Sequence record: OR983333.1
Source of the DNA: Escherichia phage 1-6af
DNA length: 64,000 nucleotides
Direction: 5' to 3' (one strand)
Each line of letters opens with the position of its first letter. The stretch's first letter is position 1. The notes under the pieces are model-generated. The model saw nothing but the letters and a program-made list of their open reading frames with translations, had not been told where the DNA came from and searched no databases. Shown here piece after piece: positions 9,044 through 18,526 of this stretch. A program made the translations under genes and the position numbers.

Positions 9044-9262
9044 ATGAAAATGATGAAACAAGCTGCATACGGTTTAGTTTGCTTAGGTGCTGGAGTTGTT
9101 GTATCAACAGCAGTTCCTGTTAATGCAGTCCACCCTTTAGTCACTACTCCTGCTCCAGTAGAGAAACTCAGTTCACAATGCAAGCAGCGAACCATTCAAA
9201 ACAACTTGGTTGTTATTTGCCCTGATGCTGAATCTAACGCTCTGAGAAAGATACTACCTTAA
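9044..9262 (+). CDS. small secreted or membrane protein (72 aa), possible lysis accessory
   Basis: N-terminal hydrophobic signal-like segment; immediately upstream of endolysin. Confidence 0.35.
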   Translation: MKMMKQAAYGLVCLGAGVVVSTAVPVNAVHPLVTTPAPVEKLSSQCKQRTIQNNLVVICPDAESNALRKILP

Positions 9263-9291
9263 TTTAAAGGGACCATGAAAGGAGGTTAGAA

Positions 9292-9783
9292 ATGGATAAC
9301 GTCGCATTGCCACCTGTACAACTAAACTTAAGCCCAGCTGGAATGGAATTCATCATGAAGCATGAGGGTATGAGAACCAAAGCTTATAAAGATTCCGCAG
9401 GCATCTGGACGATTTGTGTAGGGGCTACGCGCGATATGAATGGTTATCCGGTTAGGCAAGGATTAACATATTCTATAGAGGATTGTCTAGCTCTGCTAGA
9501 TAGAGACACACAAGACTCTGTTCGTGCTACTCAGAAGAACATAAAGGTTCCTTTGCTAGTTCATGAGTTCGATGCACTCACCTCTTTCAACTTCAATGTT
9601 GGTAGTGGGGCACTGAGCACATCTAAGCTAAGGAAAGTTATCAATGGAGAGGTTAAGGGTGATATATACTCAGAATTTCTACGTTGGGATAAAATTACGG
9701 TTAAGGGAGAGAAGCAGAGAAGTCAGGGTCTTCATAACAGAAGGGTTGCGGAAGCTGATCTTTATACCGAAGGTAAATATTAA
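9292..9783 (+). CDS. endolysin, GH24 (T4/lambda-type lysozyme)
   Basis: N-terminal FI.KHEG...AY.D..G.WTI.VG signature of GH24 lysozymes; RBS aaaggagg. Confidence 0.75.
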   Translation: MDNVALPPVQLNLSPAGMEFIMKHEGMRTKAYKDSAGIWTICVGATRDMNGYPVRQGLTYSIEDCLALLDRDTQDSVRATQKNIKVPLLVHEFDALTSFNFNVGSGALSTSKLRKVINGEVKGDIYSEFLRWDKITVKGEKQRSQGLHNRRVAEADLYTEGKY

Positions 9784-9795
9784 TGGAGGTTCCTT

Positions 9796-10599
9796 TTGGC
9801 TATTGAAACTAATGCGGTCGTGATTACCGACCTGAACCCGCTCTATCCTAGAGATAGGGATTATATCTACGAAGGGGCGGCCCAAATCCGCCTCATTAAA
9901 CAAACACTAAAGAACACATTCCCTAATGTAACTGAGCCAGTTGATATAGATTCCGACACCTTTAAGATCATGTCAGAGAAGCTCAAGTTTACTGGTGATG
10001 CAATGGATGTTGGCGGTCTTATGATTAAGAACGTTACTCCGGGAACTGGTGACAAGGATGTTGTTACTAAAGGCCAGATGGAAGCGTTCATGAACAACTG
10101 GATGGAGAATAAGCTTTATCGAATTGGTTCTTACTATATCACTGAAGAGGATATCAACCCCGGAGACTCTATCTCTCTTGGGTTTGGCTCTTGGTCTAAA
10201 GTTACTGGTGTTATCATGGGTACTGGTGTGGTCAACCCTGATGGTACAGTTCCTAATGCCTCTAGGGTTGAGTTTACATCTGGAGCTACTGGTGGTAGGA
10301 TTTTCAATACAGTCCAGACAGAGAACTTACCGTTGATAACTATTGATGGCTCTAGCTTCTCTGTTTCCAGTAACACCCATTCACACAATATCAACTTTGG
10401 TCGTGGGGATGCTAGTGGTCACAATAGTTCTCCTAACTGGTATAGTCCCGGTTCTGGGTTTACTCATAGAACAGAATCTGATACTCATACTCACACAATA
10501 TCTGGTTCTGTTAGTTTTGGACGTGATGACATATCTCGTCAACCTATTAACACTTTGCCACCATTCAGAGCGGCTCACATTTGGAGACGTATTAGCTAA
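9796..10599 (+). CDS. tail fibre or tail-associated protein (TTG start)
   Basis: RBS ggagg 6 nt before TTG; Gly/Ser/Thr-rich; His-rich C-terminal region. Confidence 0.4.
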   Translation: MAIETNAVVITDLNPLYPRDRDYIYEGAAQIRLIKQTLKNTFPNVTEPVDIDSDTFKIMSEKLKFTGDAMDVGGLMIKNVTPGTGDKDVVTKGQMEAFMNNWMENKLYRIGSYYITEEDINPGDSISLGFGSWSKVTGVIMGTGVVNPDGTVPNASRVEFTSGATGGRIFNTVQTENLPLITIDGSSFSVSSNTHSHNINFGRGDASGHNSSPNWYSPGSGFTHRTESDTHTHTISGSVSFGRDDISRQPINTLPPFRAAHIWRRIS

Positions 10600-10608
10600 G
10601 GAGGAATT

Positions 10609-13600
10609 ATGGCGTTGTATCCAATAAAATCACTCGGTGCTGTCGGTGTTATTGCTGACCAAGCACCTACTGATTTAGCTCCTAACGCTTTCACTAACGC
10701 TATAAACGCTCGATTTGTTGAGCAGAGAGTTTTTAAGACGGGGGGCAATGCCCCTCTTTCTTACGTAGATGAAGATAAGGATCTAACCCCATTATCTTTC
10801 ATATCTATGCCTTTCGATTACTATAGTGCAGGTAATAGCTTTCTTATTGTGGGAACCAATAAGAAGTTATATAAACTAACAGATGAAAGCTTAACTGATA
10901 TCAGCAGGAAAGTTGCTACGGTCACTAAAAAAGCTTCTGCTAATATCAAGATATACCCTGTAGTCTCTAGGATTACTCCTAAAGAGTCTACTATTTCTAT
11001 GAACTTCAACCAAACTAAATCTCTAGAAGTTACAATCTCTCCAGAAGATGCTAATAACCCTGAACTTGTTTGGAGTGTTAGTAACTCTTCTTACGGTCAG
11101 ATCACTGTAGACCCTACTGACTCTAAGAAAGCCTCTTTGACGTCTTTGAATAAAGAAGGTAATCTCGTAGTTACAGTTCAGACTAAAGATGAATCTGTAT
11201 CAGCTCAGATTGCTGTCAATATTATTGACGGAGACTCAGGTATTTTCTTGAGTCAGGATACTCTGACTGTCCGTAAAGGTGGAAATACTACCATAACTGC
11301 GGTGACTGGTAAAACTCCTGTAAGTTGGTCCACTACTAATGGCTCTATCATTTCTATAACACCTAATGCTAACACACTCACAGCAGTGCTTGTAGCTAAT
11401 GGAGAAGGGACAGCAACTGTTACAGCAGACAATGGAACAAAAACTGCATCATGTATTGTTAATGTAATCCCACAGATTGATAGTATTACTCTGAGTCAAA
11501 CAGATGTTACCATTAATAGAGGGGTTCAATATATTCTCACAGCTACAGTGTCTCCAACGAATGCTCCTAATAAAAATATAACATGGACTTCCTCTAACCC
11601 GAATATTGCTACAGTGTCTGGTACGAGCACAGAGGCTACCATCACTGCAATTACAGCTGGATTCACTGAGATTACTGCTACTACTCAAGAGGGCAACAGA
11701 ACCGCTGTCTGTACAGTTCGTGTAGATTTGGCTGGAAGGATGATGAGAACCTCTCTTATGGCTGAGTCTTCTACTGAACCAGATGCTCCAGAAGTGGTTG
11801 AGGATGTAGTAGTTCCTGAATCAGAAGAGGTTTTATATTTTGCATCACCCTCCTCTGGGATTGATACTACTGGAATGTCTGAAGGAAATAGCTTCTATGA
11901 TTATTCAAACGTTGATGACATGGAAGGTTTTGCAAGAGCCTCTCTTTTTGCCACTCCTTTAGACTCTGTAACATTAGATGTAGTTAGTGCTTCTCTTGAT
12001 GTAGGAGAGGAGATCGTTATTACAGCTACAGCGTCTCCAGAGGGTGACTACTCGTACTTATGGTCTGTAGACAAAACTGGCTATGTCTCAACTACTTCAG
12101 TAACTGGTAAATCTATTAAACTTACAGCTCTTCGCAAAGGTGAGATTAACATAACATGTTCTGTCAGCCAAATGACACAAAGGGATTATGACGCGTTTGA
12201 CGACTATCCTTGGTATCATGCTGTTATATCAAACTGTGCAGTTGCTACAACTCACTATGAAACACCACAAGTAAAAGAATTCGAATCTGAACATTTTACT
12301 GATCTTCCGGGGTGGGGAGAACAAACAGTGGTAGATAGTGATGGGAATCCTTCAGTTAAGAAGTTCAACTGGAAATGTGAAAGAGTTCGTTCTTTTAACA
12401 ACAGGCTCTTTGCCCTGAATATGAGGGAATCAAATGCTTCTGGCGTTACAACTAACTACCCACTTCGTCTTCGTTGGTCTAATTTTGCTAATGAGAACAA
12501 AGCTCCTACACTATGGGATGACTTTGCCTATGATCGTTTAGTAACATCTGACTTAGCTTCGAACATAGTTGGGCAGACTGAGGCTCTGGAAAATGGTTAT
12601 GCTGGTTACATTGATTTAGCAGACTCCAATGGCAGCTTGATTGATATCCTACCTCTTAAAGATTACTTGTTCGTTTACACGGAGTTTGAAACGTACATTG
12701 GTTCTCCGACTAATAACACGTATCAACCACTGATGTTCAAGAAACTCTTTAATGACTCTGGTATCCTTGCTCCTGAGTGTGCAGTTGAAGTAGAAGGTAG
12801 CCATTTCGTTGTTACTCAGAACGATGTGATCTTACATAACGGCGCAACTAAGAAGTCAATCGCTTCCAACCGTGTCAAGAACATGCTGATTAATGAGATC
12901 TGTCTGGTCAACCCGTTAGCTACCAGAGTTCACTTACATCAAGATAAAAAGGAGGTTTGGATTCTTTATGTAGGTCCGGGAGAGCCTAAGGAAAGTTATG
13001 CTTGTACTAAAGCTGCTGTATGGAATTACGAGTTTGATACTTGGTCTTTCCGTACTATCCCATATGCTCAGTGTATTGGTTTGGTTGATCCTCCTGTCCT
13101 TGAAAGGGGTCCAATTTGGGCTGACTTCCAAGAAATCACTTGGGATGACCCATCGATCAAAGAGCTTGTTTGGAGAAAGGATGCAACAAACTTCAGACAG
13201 AGGATTACGATAGTAGGTTCATTCTTGAGGGGATTCTACCAAGTGGATGTAGGCGCTCTTGACTATTTCTATGACAGATTAAATGATGCTGTTATAGAGA
13301 AGCCTCTGGAAATGAGGTTGGAGAGGACTGGTATAGATTTTGATAATGTGACGAATGAGTGGAATCAGAAGCATGTTAATAGATTCCGTCCTCAGACAAC
13401 TGGCTCAGGCACCTATACCTTTGAAGCTGGAGGTAGTCAATTCTCAAATGAATATGGACACCCACACACATCTAAGACTTATACAATCGGTGTTGACAGA
13501 CATGTCTCGGTGAGACTGAACCATCCATACCTTTTCTATAATGTTATAGATAATGATGTTAACAGTAATGCTGCTATCAATGGGTTAACGATAGAGTTTG

Positions 13601-13620
13601 CTGTTGGCGGACGGAGATAA
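10609..13620 (+). CDS. large tail protein with Ig-like (Big_2-type) domains
   Basis: 1003 aa; several ~80 aa Thr/Ser-rich Ig-like repeats; structural block. Confidence 0.5.
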   Translation: MALYPIKSLGAVGVIADQAPTDLAPNAFTNAINARFVEQRVFKTGGNAPLSYVDEDKDLTPLSFISMPFDYYSAGNSFLIVGTNKKLYKLTDESLTDISRKVATVTKKASANIKIYPVVSRITPKESTISMNFNQTKSLEVTISPEDANNPELVWSVSNSSYGQITVDPTDSKKASLTSLNKEGNLVVTVQTKDESVSAQIAVNIIDGDSGIFLSQDTLTVRKGGNTTITAVTGKTPVSWSTTNGSIISITPNANTLTAVLVANGEGTATVTADNGTKTASCIVNVIPQIDSITLSQTDVTINRGVQYILTATVSPTNAPNKNITWTSSNPNIATVSGTSTEATITAITAGFTEITATTQEGNRTAVCTVRVDLAGRMMRTSLMAESSTEPDAPEVVEDVVVPESEEVLYFASPSSGIDTTGMSEGNSFYDYSNVDDMEGFARASLFATPLDSVTLDVVSASLDVGEEIVITATASPEGDYSYLWSVDKTGYVSTTSVTGKSIKLTALRKGEINITCSVSQMTQRDYDAFDDYPWYHAVISNCAVATTHYETPQVKEFESEHFTDLPGWGEQTVVDSDGNPSVKKFNWKCERVRSFNNRLFALNMRESNASGVTTNYPLRLRWSNFANENKAPTLWDDFAYDRLVTSDLASNIVGQTEALENGYAGYIDLADSNGSLIDILPLKDYLFVYTEFETYIGSPTNNTYQPLMFKKLFNDSGILAPECAVEVEGSHFVVTQNDVILHNGATKKSIASNRVKNMLINEICLVNPLATRVHLHQDKKEVWILYVGPGEPKESYACTKAAVWNYEFDTWSFRTIPYAQCIGLVDPPVLERGPIWADFQEITWDDPSIKELVWRKDATNFRQRITIVGSFLRGFYQVDVGALDYFYDRLNDAVIEKPLEMRLERTGIDFDNVTNEWNQKHVNRFRPQTTGSGTYTFEAGGSQFSNEYGHPHTSKTYTIGVDRHVSVRLNHPYLFYNVIDNDVNSNAAINGLTIEFAVGGRR

Positions 13621-13625
13621 CAACA

Positions 13626-13653
13626 AGGGGCTTCGTGCCCCTTTTATTGTTTT
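13626..13653 (+). terminator. rho-independent terminator
   Basis: aggggc-ttcgt-gcccct hairpin followed by T-rich tract; lies inside the 5' extension of the predicted ORF 13598. Confidence 0.7.
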
Positions 13654-13663
13654 GGAGGAACTT

Positions 13664-14632
13664 ATGGGTGCAGGTGGTTTTCGTAAGAACACTGGTCGTA
13701 ATAACACCACACTCCCGTACAACGTTGGGTTTCTCAATAATGTACAGGACACAGAAACATATAACGTAGCCGTATATGACGAGCTACAGAAAGTTAGTAC
13801 AGCTACTAACCAAATGTTCCAAGCTATTGATGAGATTCACGATGAGATTGATGTTCGTATCAAAGCTCTTCATGCGATGAATCTACAATTTGATGAGCTT
13901 GAGAATAGAGTTACTACAGAGATAGAGACAGCTATTGCAGATATCCAAACTCAGATGGGGAACTTATCCACTGAAGATATTTGGGATAATTCTGTTCAAC
14001 CTCCTGTAAAATTAGAAAGCACTGTATCTGGCTTTAAAACTAGTATTGAAGGTAACACAACTAAGATTCAAACGGTAGAAGGGATTGTTAACGACCAAGG
14101 TCAAGAGATCGCTTTAGTTCAGACAGAGATTCAAAATATCAACGGAAGCCTTTCTCAGTATATGAAACTCTCTGAGTATGAAGCTACGTGGGGTGTTAAC
14201 TCTACAATCAACGGAAAATATGCTGGGGTCAAGCTAACTAACAACGGAACAAACAGTCAATTCCAAGTAACAGCTAACAAATTTATTGTTGGTGATGGCA
14301 GCTCCGGTAACACTCCTTTTGTTTTTGAAAACGGTAGAGCGAAGATGGAGTTTGCTGACATAAAGAATGTCAACATTACAACTGCTATGATTGCTGACGC
14401 TAGAATACAGTGGGCACAAATTGATAATGTCAACATCACAAACGCACAGATTCAGAGTTTGTCTGCTAATAAAATTACCGCTGGTTCTATGAGTGGTACA
14501 AACTGGAGATTGACTGTTGGTGGTGATTTTGTTATGGGTGGTACTGGTGGTTCTCAGCTATGGATGAATGGGAACAGGATAGATTTTTATGATGGAAGTG
14601 GTACACTCCGTATCAGAATAGGGAGTTGGTAA
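13664..14632 (+). CDS. virion protein (coiled-coil N-terminus), start revised to ATG 13664
   Basis: RBS ggagg upstream of ATG 13664, after the terminator hairpin; same frame as ORF 13598. Confidence 0.45.
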   Translation: MGAGGFRKNTGRNNTTLPYNVGFLNNVQDTETYNVAVYDELQKVSTATNQMFQAIDEIHDEIDVRIKALHAMNLQFDELENRVTTEIETAIADIQTQMGNLSTEDIWDNSVQPPVKLESTVSGFKTSIEGNTTKIQTVEGIVNDQGQEIALVQTEIQNINGSLSQYMKLSEYEATWGVNSTINGKYAGVKLTNNGTNSQFQVTANKFIVGDGSSGNTPFVFENGRAKMEFADIKNVNITTAMIADARIQWAQIDNVNITNAQIQSLSANKITAGSMSGTNWRLTVGGDFVMGGTGGSQLWMNGNRIDFYDGSGTLRIRIGSW

Positions 14633-14633
14633 T

Positions 14634-15668
14634 ATGGCATATGGAATATGGACAACGCCAGTTGGACCGGGACCAGCTTCTCCGGCTGAGATTTTTATTG
14701 ATAGTAATTCCACTTTCCCTCAATTCAAGAATAGGGTCAGTGGTAATTACAACTTTAATGGAGGTAGTAGAGATTTCCCTATTTCTGGATGGGATGGCTC
14801 AGGCCAAATTGTTGTAGTCCCAACCGGCTCTTTGTGTTGGCAATGGGAAGTCCCTCCTAACCTTGTCCCTGATGTGTATGTTGTAAATAACATAAGTATT
14901 GTGAATAACTCAACTTTTAGGGTTAGCATAAATATGAATCCCGGAAGTAACCCATTGTTTGACGTGGCTTTCAATGTATATCAAATATGGCCTAGAGCTA
15001 ATAGAAACTACGGGATAACCTTTTCAAACACAGCTGATTACTTCTCTATATCAGATGCTGGGGTTGTTGGTCAATGTATTTGGGCTTGGGAAGGAAACAT
15101 TAATGGTTCTATGCAAATACCAGCCATCAGTGGTTTTGATATGTCAAGAGCTTCTGTGTTTGCTAACTGGTCTGGAGGGCAAGGTTTACTGTACGATGCA
15201 GGGAGTCGTAATATCAGAGTTTATCAAAACAGAACATACGACAATGGAAACAACAACCAAACAGGTACAATCAACAATGTGAGAGTTGCAGTGTTCTGTG
15301 ATGGGGCTGGTGTTCCTACTCACAATGGTGGATTGAACATCTACTCACCTAATGGTTCTCAATGTGTATTCTCTACTTACAGAACACCTTTTATGGTTGA
15401 TCGCTTTATGGCTATGAGTGGAGGAGACACTGGACTATCCTATCCTATGATTCCTCTGACGAATGGGGCTGGTTCAATTAGAGGCCAAGCTGGTAGTTGG
15501 TATTTCCAACACGCAAGATCTCATATAATGAACGGGTCTTCTTTTGGCACAGGGTATGGTCGATATATGTTCCAGTGGAGTAGAAACTACGATATGGGTG
15601 GTGGTGGGGCTATCTCCCTTCAGGTTCCAGTACTAGATGCTAGGAAGATTTTTAGAAGCATACAATAA
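14634..15668 (+). CDS. virion protein (344 aa)
   Basis: Translationally coupled to upstream gene; Gly/Asn-rich. Confidence 0.4.
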   Translation: MAYGIWTTPVGPGPASPAEIFIDSNSTFPQFKNRVSGNYNFNGGSRDFPISGWDGSGQIVVVPTGSLCWQWEVPPNLVPDVYVVNNISIVNNSTFRVSINMNPGSNPLFDVAFNVYQIWPRANRNYGITFSNTADYFSISDAGVVGQCIWAWEGNINGSMQIPAISGFDMSRASVFANWSGGQGLLYDAGSRNIRVYQNRTYDNGNNNQTGTINNVRVAVFCDGAGVPTHNGGLNIYSPNGSQCVFSTYRTPFMVDRFMAMSGGDTGLSYPMIPLTNGAGSIRGQAGSWYFQHARSHIMNGSSFGTGYGRYMFQWSRNYDMGGGGAISLQVPVLDARKIFRSIQ

Positions 15669-15677
15669 GGAGAGCTT

Positions 15678-16460
15678 ATGGCAATTAGAATGGATATAGA
15701 AGAACTAGACCCGATGGTTCAACAGGCTTCAAAGAAGTATGGAATCCCAGCTGCTTTGATTCATGCTGTAATCCAAAGAGAGTCTAGCGGACGTCCTAAG
15801 GTGGCTTCCGGAACTGGTCCTGTCGGTTTGATGCAGATCAGTAAAGGGTTAGCCAAAGACTATGGTTACAAACTAGAAGATAGACTTGATCCAGCAAAGA
15901 ATATCGACATGGGTGCTCGTTACATCAGAGACAACCTGAAAGCTTTTAATGGTGACGTTAAGAAGGCAATGGTCGGTTACTCAGAGGGAACTGGTGGTGC
16001 TAAGCAGATGTTCGCTGGTAAGAAAGGATTTACCCCTCAGGCTCTAGATTCAATGAACAACAAACACTTTCTTCCTTTTTATGGTGATGCAGCTTCTCAG
16101 ATTGCTAACCCTGTTGGAGCTTTGCAAGCTGTTCAACCAGTCAATCAGTTTAGTCCTGACTTATTAGATAGAGAGAAGGCCGCACAAGCTCCGACTCAGG
16201 CAGAAATTGCTGCTTCTAAGACTGGTGCTTTAGGTGGCAATCCAGTAGAGTTTTACTCTGATGAAGCACAAGAAGGGGAAGATCAGAAGCCTCAACAGAA
16301 CTTTGGTAATGCAGTATTAGGGGTAGCTGCTATGCTTGCTGGTAAACCTCCTACTTCTCAAACAGTTCAGAGGGCAAGTGCACCACATGCGGCAGGTTCT
16401 CAGTACAGTCCACAAACACAAGCAGTGCTCAGACGTTTGGCTAGCATTGGTGTAAAGTAA
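15678..16460 (+). CDS. SLT-domain lytic transglycosylase (internal virion protein)
   Basis: AALIHAVIQRESSG...GLMQIS motif of lytic transglycosylases. Confidence 0.75.
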   Translation: MAIRMDIEELDPMVQQASKKYGIPAALIHAVIQRESSGRPKVASGTGPVGLMQISKGLAKDYGYKLEDRLDPAKNIDMGARYIRDNLKAFNGDVKKAMVGYSEGTGGAKQMFAGKKGFTPQALDSMNNKHFLPFYGDAASQIANPVGALQAVQPVNQFSPDLLDREKAAQAPTQAEIAASKTGALGGNPVEFYSDEAQEGEDQKPQQNFGNAVLGVAAMLAGKPPTSQTVQRASAPHAAGSQYSPQTQAVLRRLASIGVK

Positions 16461-16479
16461 TAATCTTTAAGGAGGACTT

Positions 16480-17532
16480 ATGTCTTTATTTGGAAAATCA
16501 GCTTCTAGCAAAATCACAGTGGCCCCTTCCTCTCAGGTTGATGCCCTGCTGAAGCAGATTGTTGCTAATGCTCAGAATATGCAGAACAACGATCCGGGAT
16601 TCATCTCCCAACAACTGGCTGGGTTTAATGGCAACCAACAAGGTGCTCTGAATAACTTAGCAGCTTCTACTACTCAGAAGCAATTGGCTGATATGTACAC
16701 ACCTCGTACACAGCAAGGGTTGGACCAATTAAACTCTCTTGCACAGCAGTATCAGAATATTGTCAACAGTGGTGGGGTTACAGCTGATGGTGTTAATAAT
16801 TTTAGCAAAGGTTTGAACAATTCAGCTTTAGCTCAAGCTACTAGCAAAGCAGCTTCCAACGTATCTCTCGGAAATGGTTCTGACTCAGGTTCTCTTCGTA
16901 GAGCTGCTGCTCAGGGTGCTGCTTTGAATGGTGCTAATACAAATCTATCTCGAACTATCAATGGAAAGAATATGGGAATTAATGCCCTTCAACAAGACCA
17001 AAACTTCCAGAGAGGCTTACTTGGTGCTCAGTTGGGGTTAGCTGGACAGAACCTTAATCTTGGTGCACAAGGTGTTCAGGCAACCCAACAAGCTATCCAG
17101 AATCAACTCTTGGCTGGTAATTTACAACAGCGACAAGATCAAGCTCAAGCTGACATTAATTGGCAGAATGCTATTGGCTCTAGGCAGTATGGGTGGAATC
17201 AGCTTAACAACCAGCTTAATGTATTAAACAGTGTAAGCCCAATGGCTGGGTACACAATTAAGAATGCCGCTCCGGGTATTAACACAGGACAGCAGATTCT
17301 CGGTGCTGGTATCACTGGATTAGGTATTGCAGGTCGTATGGGTGCTTTCTCTCCTAACCAACAGACTCAGAATGCTTGGAGTTCCTATAACAACTCAGGT
17401 GGGCAATCTGGAATGGCTGGTCCTATGATTGGAGGTTCTAATCTTTCTCAACAGAAAGGTCAGTCTAACTGGTTATCCACAGCAGGTAGTAATATCTTAG
17501 GTGGTGTCTTAGGGGCATTCGGAGCAAACTAA
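16480..17532 (+). CDS. Q/N/G-rich internal virion protein
   Basis: Low-complexity Gln/Asn/Gly-rich 350 aa ORF; paralogous to next gene. Confidence 0.45.
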   Translation: MSLFGKSASSKITVAPSSQVDALLKQIVANAQNMQNNDPGFISQQLAGFNGNQQGALNNLAASTTQKQLADMYTPRTQQGLDQLNSLAQQYQNIVNSGGVTADGVNNFSKGLNNSALAQATSKAASNVSLGNGSDSGSLRRAAAQGAALNGANTNLSRTINGKNMGINALQQDQNFQRGLLGAQLGLAGQNLNLGAQGVQATQQAIQNQLLAGNLQQRQDQAQADINWQNAIGSRQYGWNQLNNQLNVLNSVSPMAGYTIKNAAPGINTGQQILGAGITGLGIAGRMGAFSPNQQTQNAWSSYNNSGGQSGMAGPMIGGSNLSQQKGQSNWLSTAGSNILGGVLGAFGAN

Positions 17533-17544
17533 AGGAGATTTAAT

Positions 17545-18513
17545 ATGGCTTTATTTGGAGGAGGGAATAGTAAAACTACTTCCCAAATGATTCGCCCTGA
17601 ATACATTCAACAGTATATTGACCAGCTTAATAAGCAGATTGGTAATACCAGTTCAGGGGATTATGTTTATCGAGATAATGTAGGGTTTAATAACAACCAG
17701 ACGGAGGCACTTAATAACTTAGCACAATCTGGTGCTCTAGGAACTCTCTCACAGCAATATATGGATGCAGCAGGTCAAGGGTTAGGGTATCTGGATAATG
17801 CCTATAAAGGTTATCAGAGCCTCTCTGGACAAGGTGGGATTACTGGAGAACAGATCGGTGCTCTCGCTGGTCAACTGTATGATGACGATGCTGTGCAAGC
17901 AGCTATTACAGCTAATAATGAGCAGGTTCAACAGAACTTGGCACGTAATGCGCTTCCTCAGTTAGCTCAACAGTTTGCTGGTCAACAAGGCTCAGGTGCT
18001 CGTATGGCTAAGTCTTTTGCCCAAGGTGATGCTCTGAATCAGATGCAAGGGCAAGCAACAGACATTACCAATAGTGCCTATAACTCTGCTATTAGCCAAG
18101 CTGAAAGTATCCTCTCTGGTAATAGGCAGAATCAGGCAGCTGCTCTCTCAGGTCTTTCTAATATTGGTTCTAACCTTTCTAACCTAGGTCAACAGGGTGC
18201 TAATTTGTCTCAACAGCAAATGATGAATCAATGGAATGCAGGGTTGCAGCAACAACAGCAACAACAGAATGAATATGATAATGCCTACCAGAATGCTCAG
18301 AATGCAGCTAATTGGGGATGGCAGGATATCAACAACCAACTCGGTGCAGCAGGTGTACTTAACGGCGCTCTCGGACAAACTACAACTACTAAAACATCTG
18401 GTGGCAAAGGTGGTTTCCTTGGTGGAGCTATGAGTGGTGCAGCAGCAGGTTCTTCCTTTGGGCCTTGGGGTGCATTAGCTGGGGGTGTAATCGGTGGGTT
18501 GGCTAGTACTTAA
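17545..18513 (+). CDS. Q/N/G-rich internal virion protein (paralogue of 16480..17532)
   Basis: Shared M.LFG N-terminus, GFN.NQ..ALNNLA block and Gly-rich C-terminus. Confidence 0.45.
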   Translation: MALFGGGNSKTTSQMIRPEYIQQYIDQLNKQIGNTSSGDYVYRDNVGFNNNQTEALNNLAQSGALGTLSQQYMDAAGQGLGYLDNAYKGYQSLSGQGGITGEQIGALAGQLYDDDAVQAAITANNEQVQQNLARNALPQLAQQFAGQQGSGARMAKSFAQGDALNQMQGQATDITNSAYNSAISQAESILSGNRQNQAAALSGLSNIGSNLSNLGQQGANLSQQQMMNQWNAGLQQQQQQQNEYDNAYQNAQNAANWGWQDINNQLGAAGVLNGALGQTTTTKTSGGKGGFLGGAMSGAAAGSSFGPWGALAGGVIGGLAST

Positions 18514-18526
18514 TTAGGAGATAAAT

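Noticed and set aside
13598-13663. Upstream extension of ORF 13598..14632
   Set aside because: A strong terminator hairpin lies inside the extension and an RBS precedes ATG 13664.
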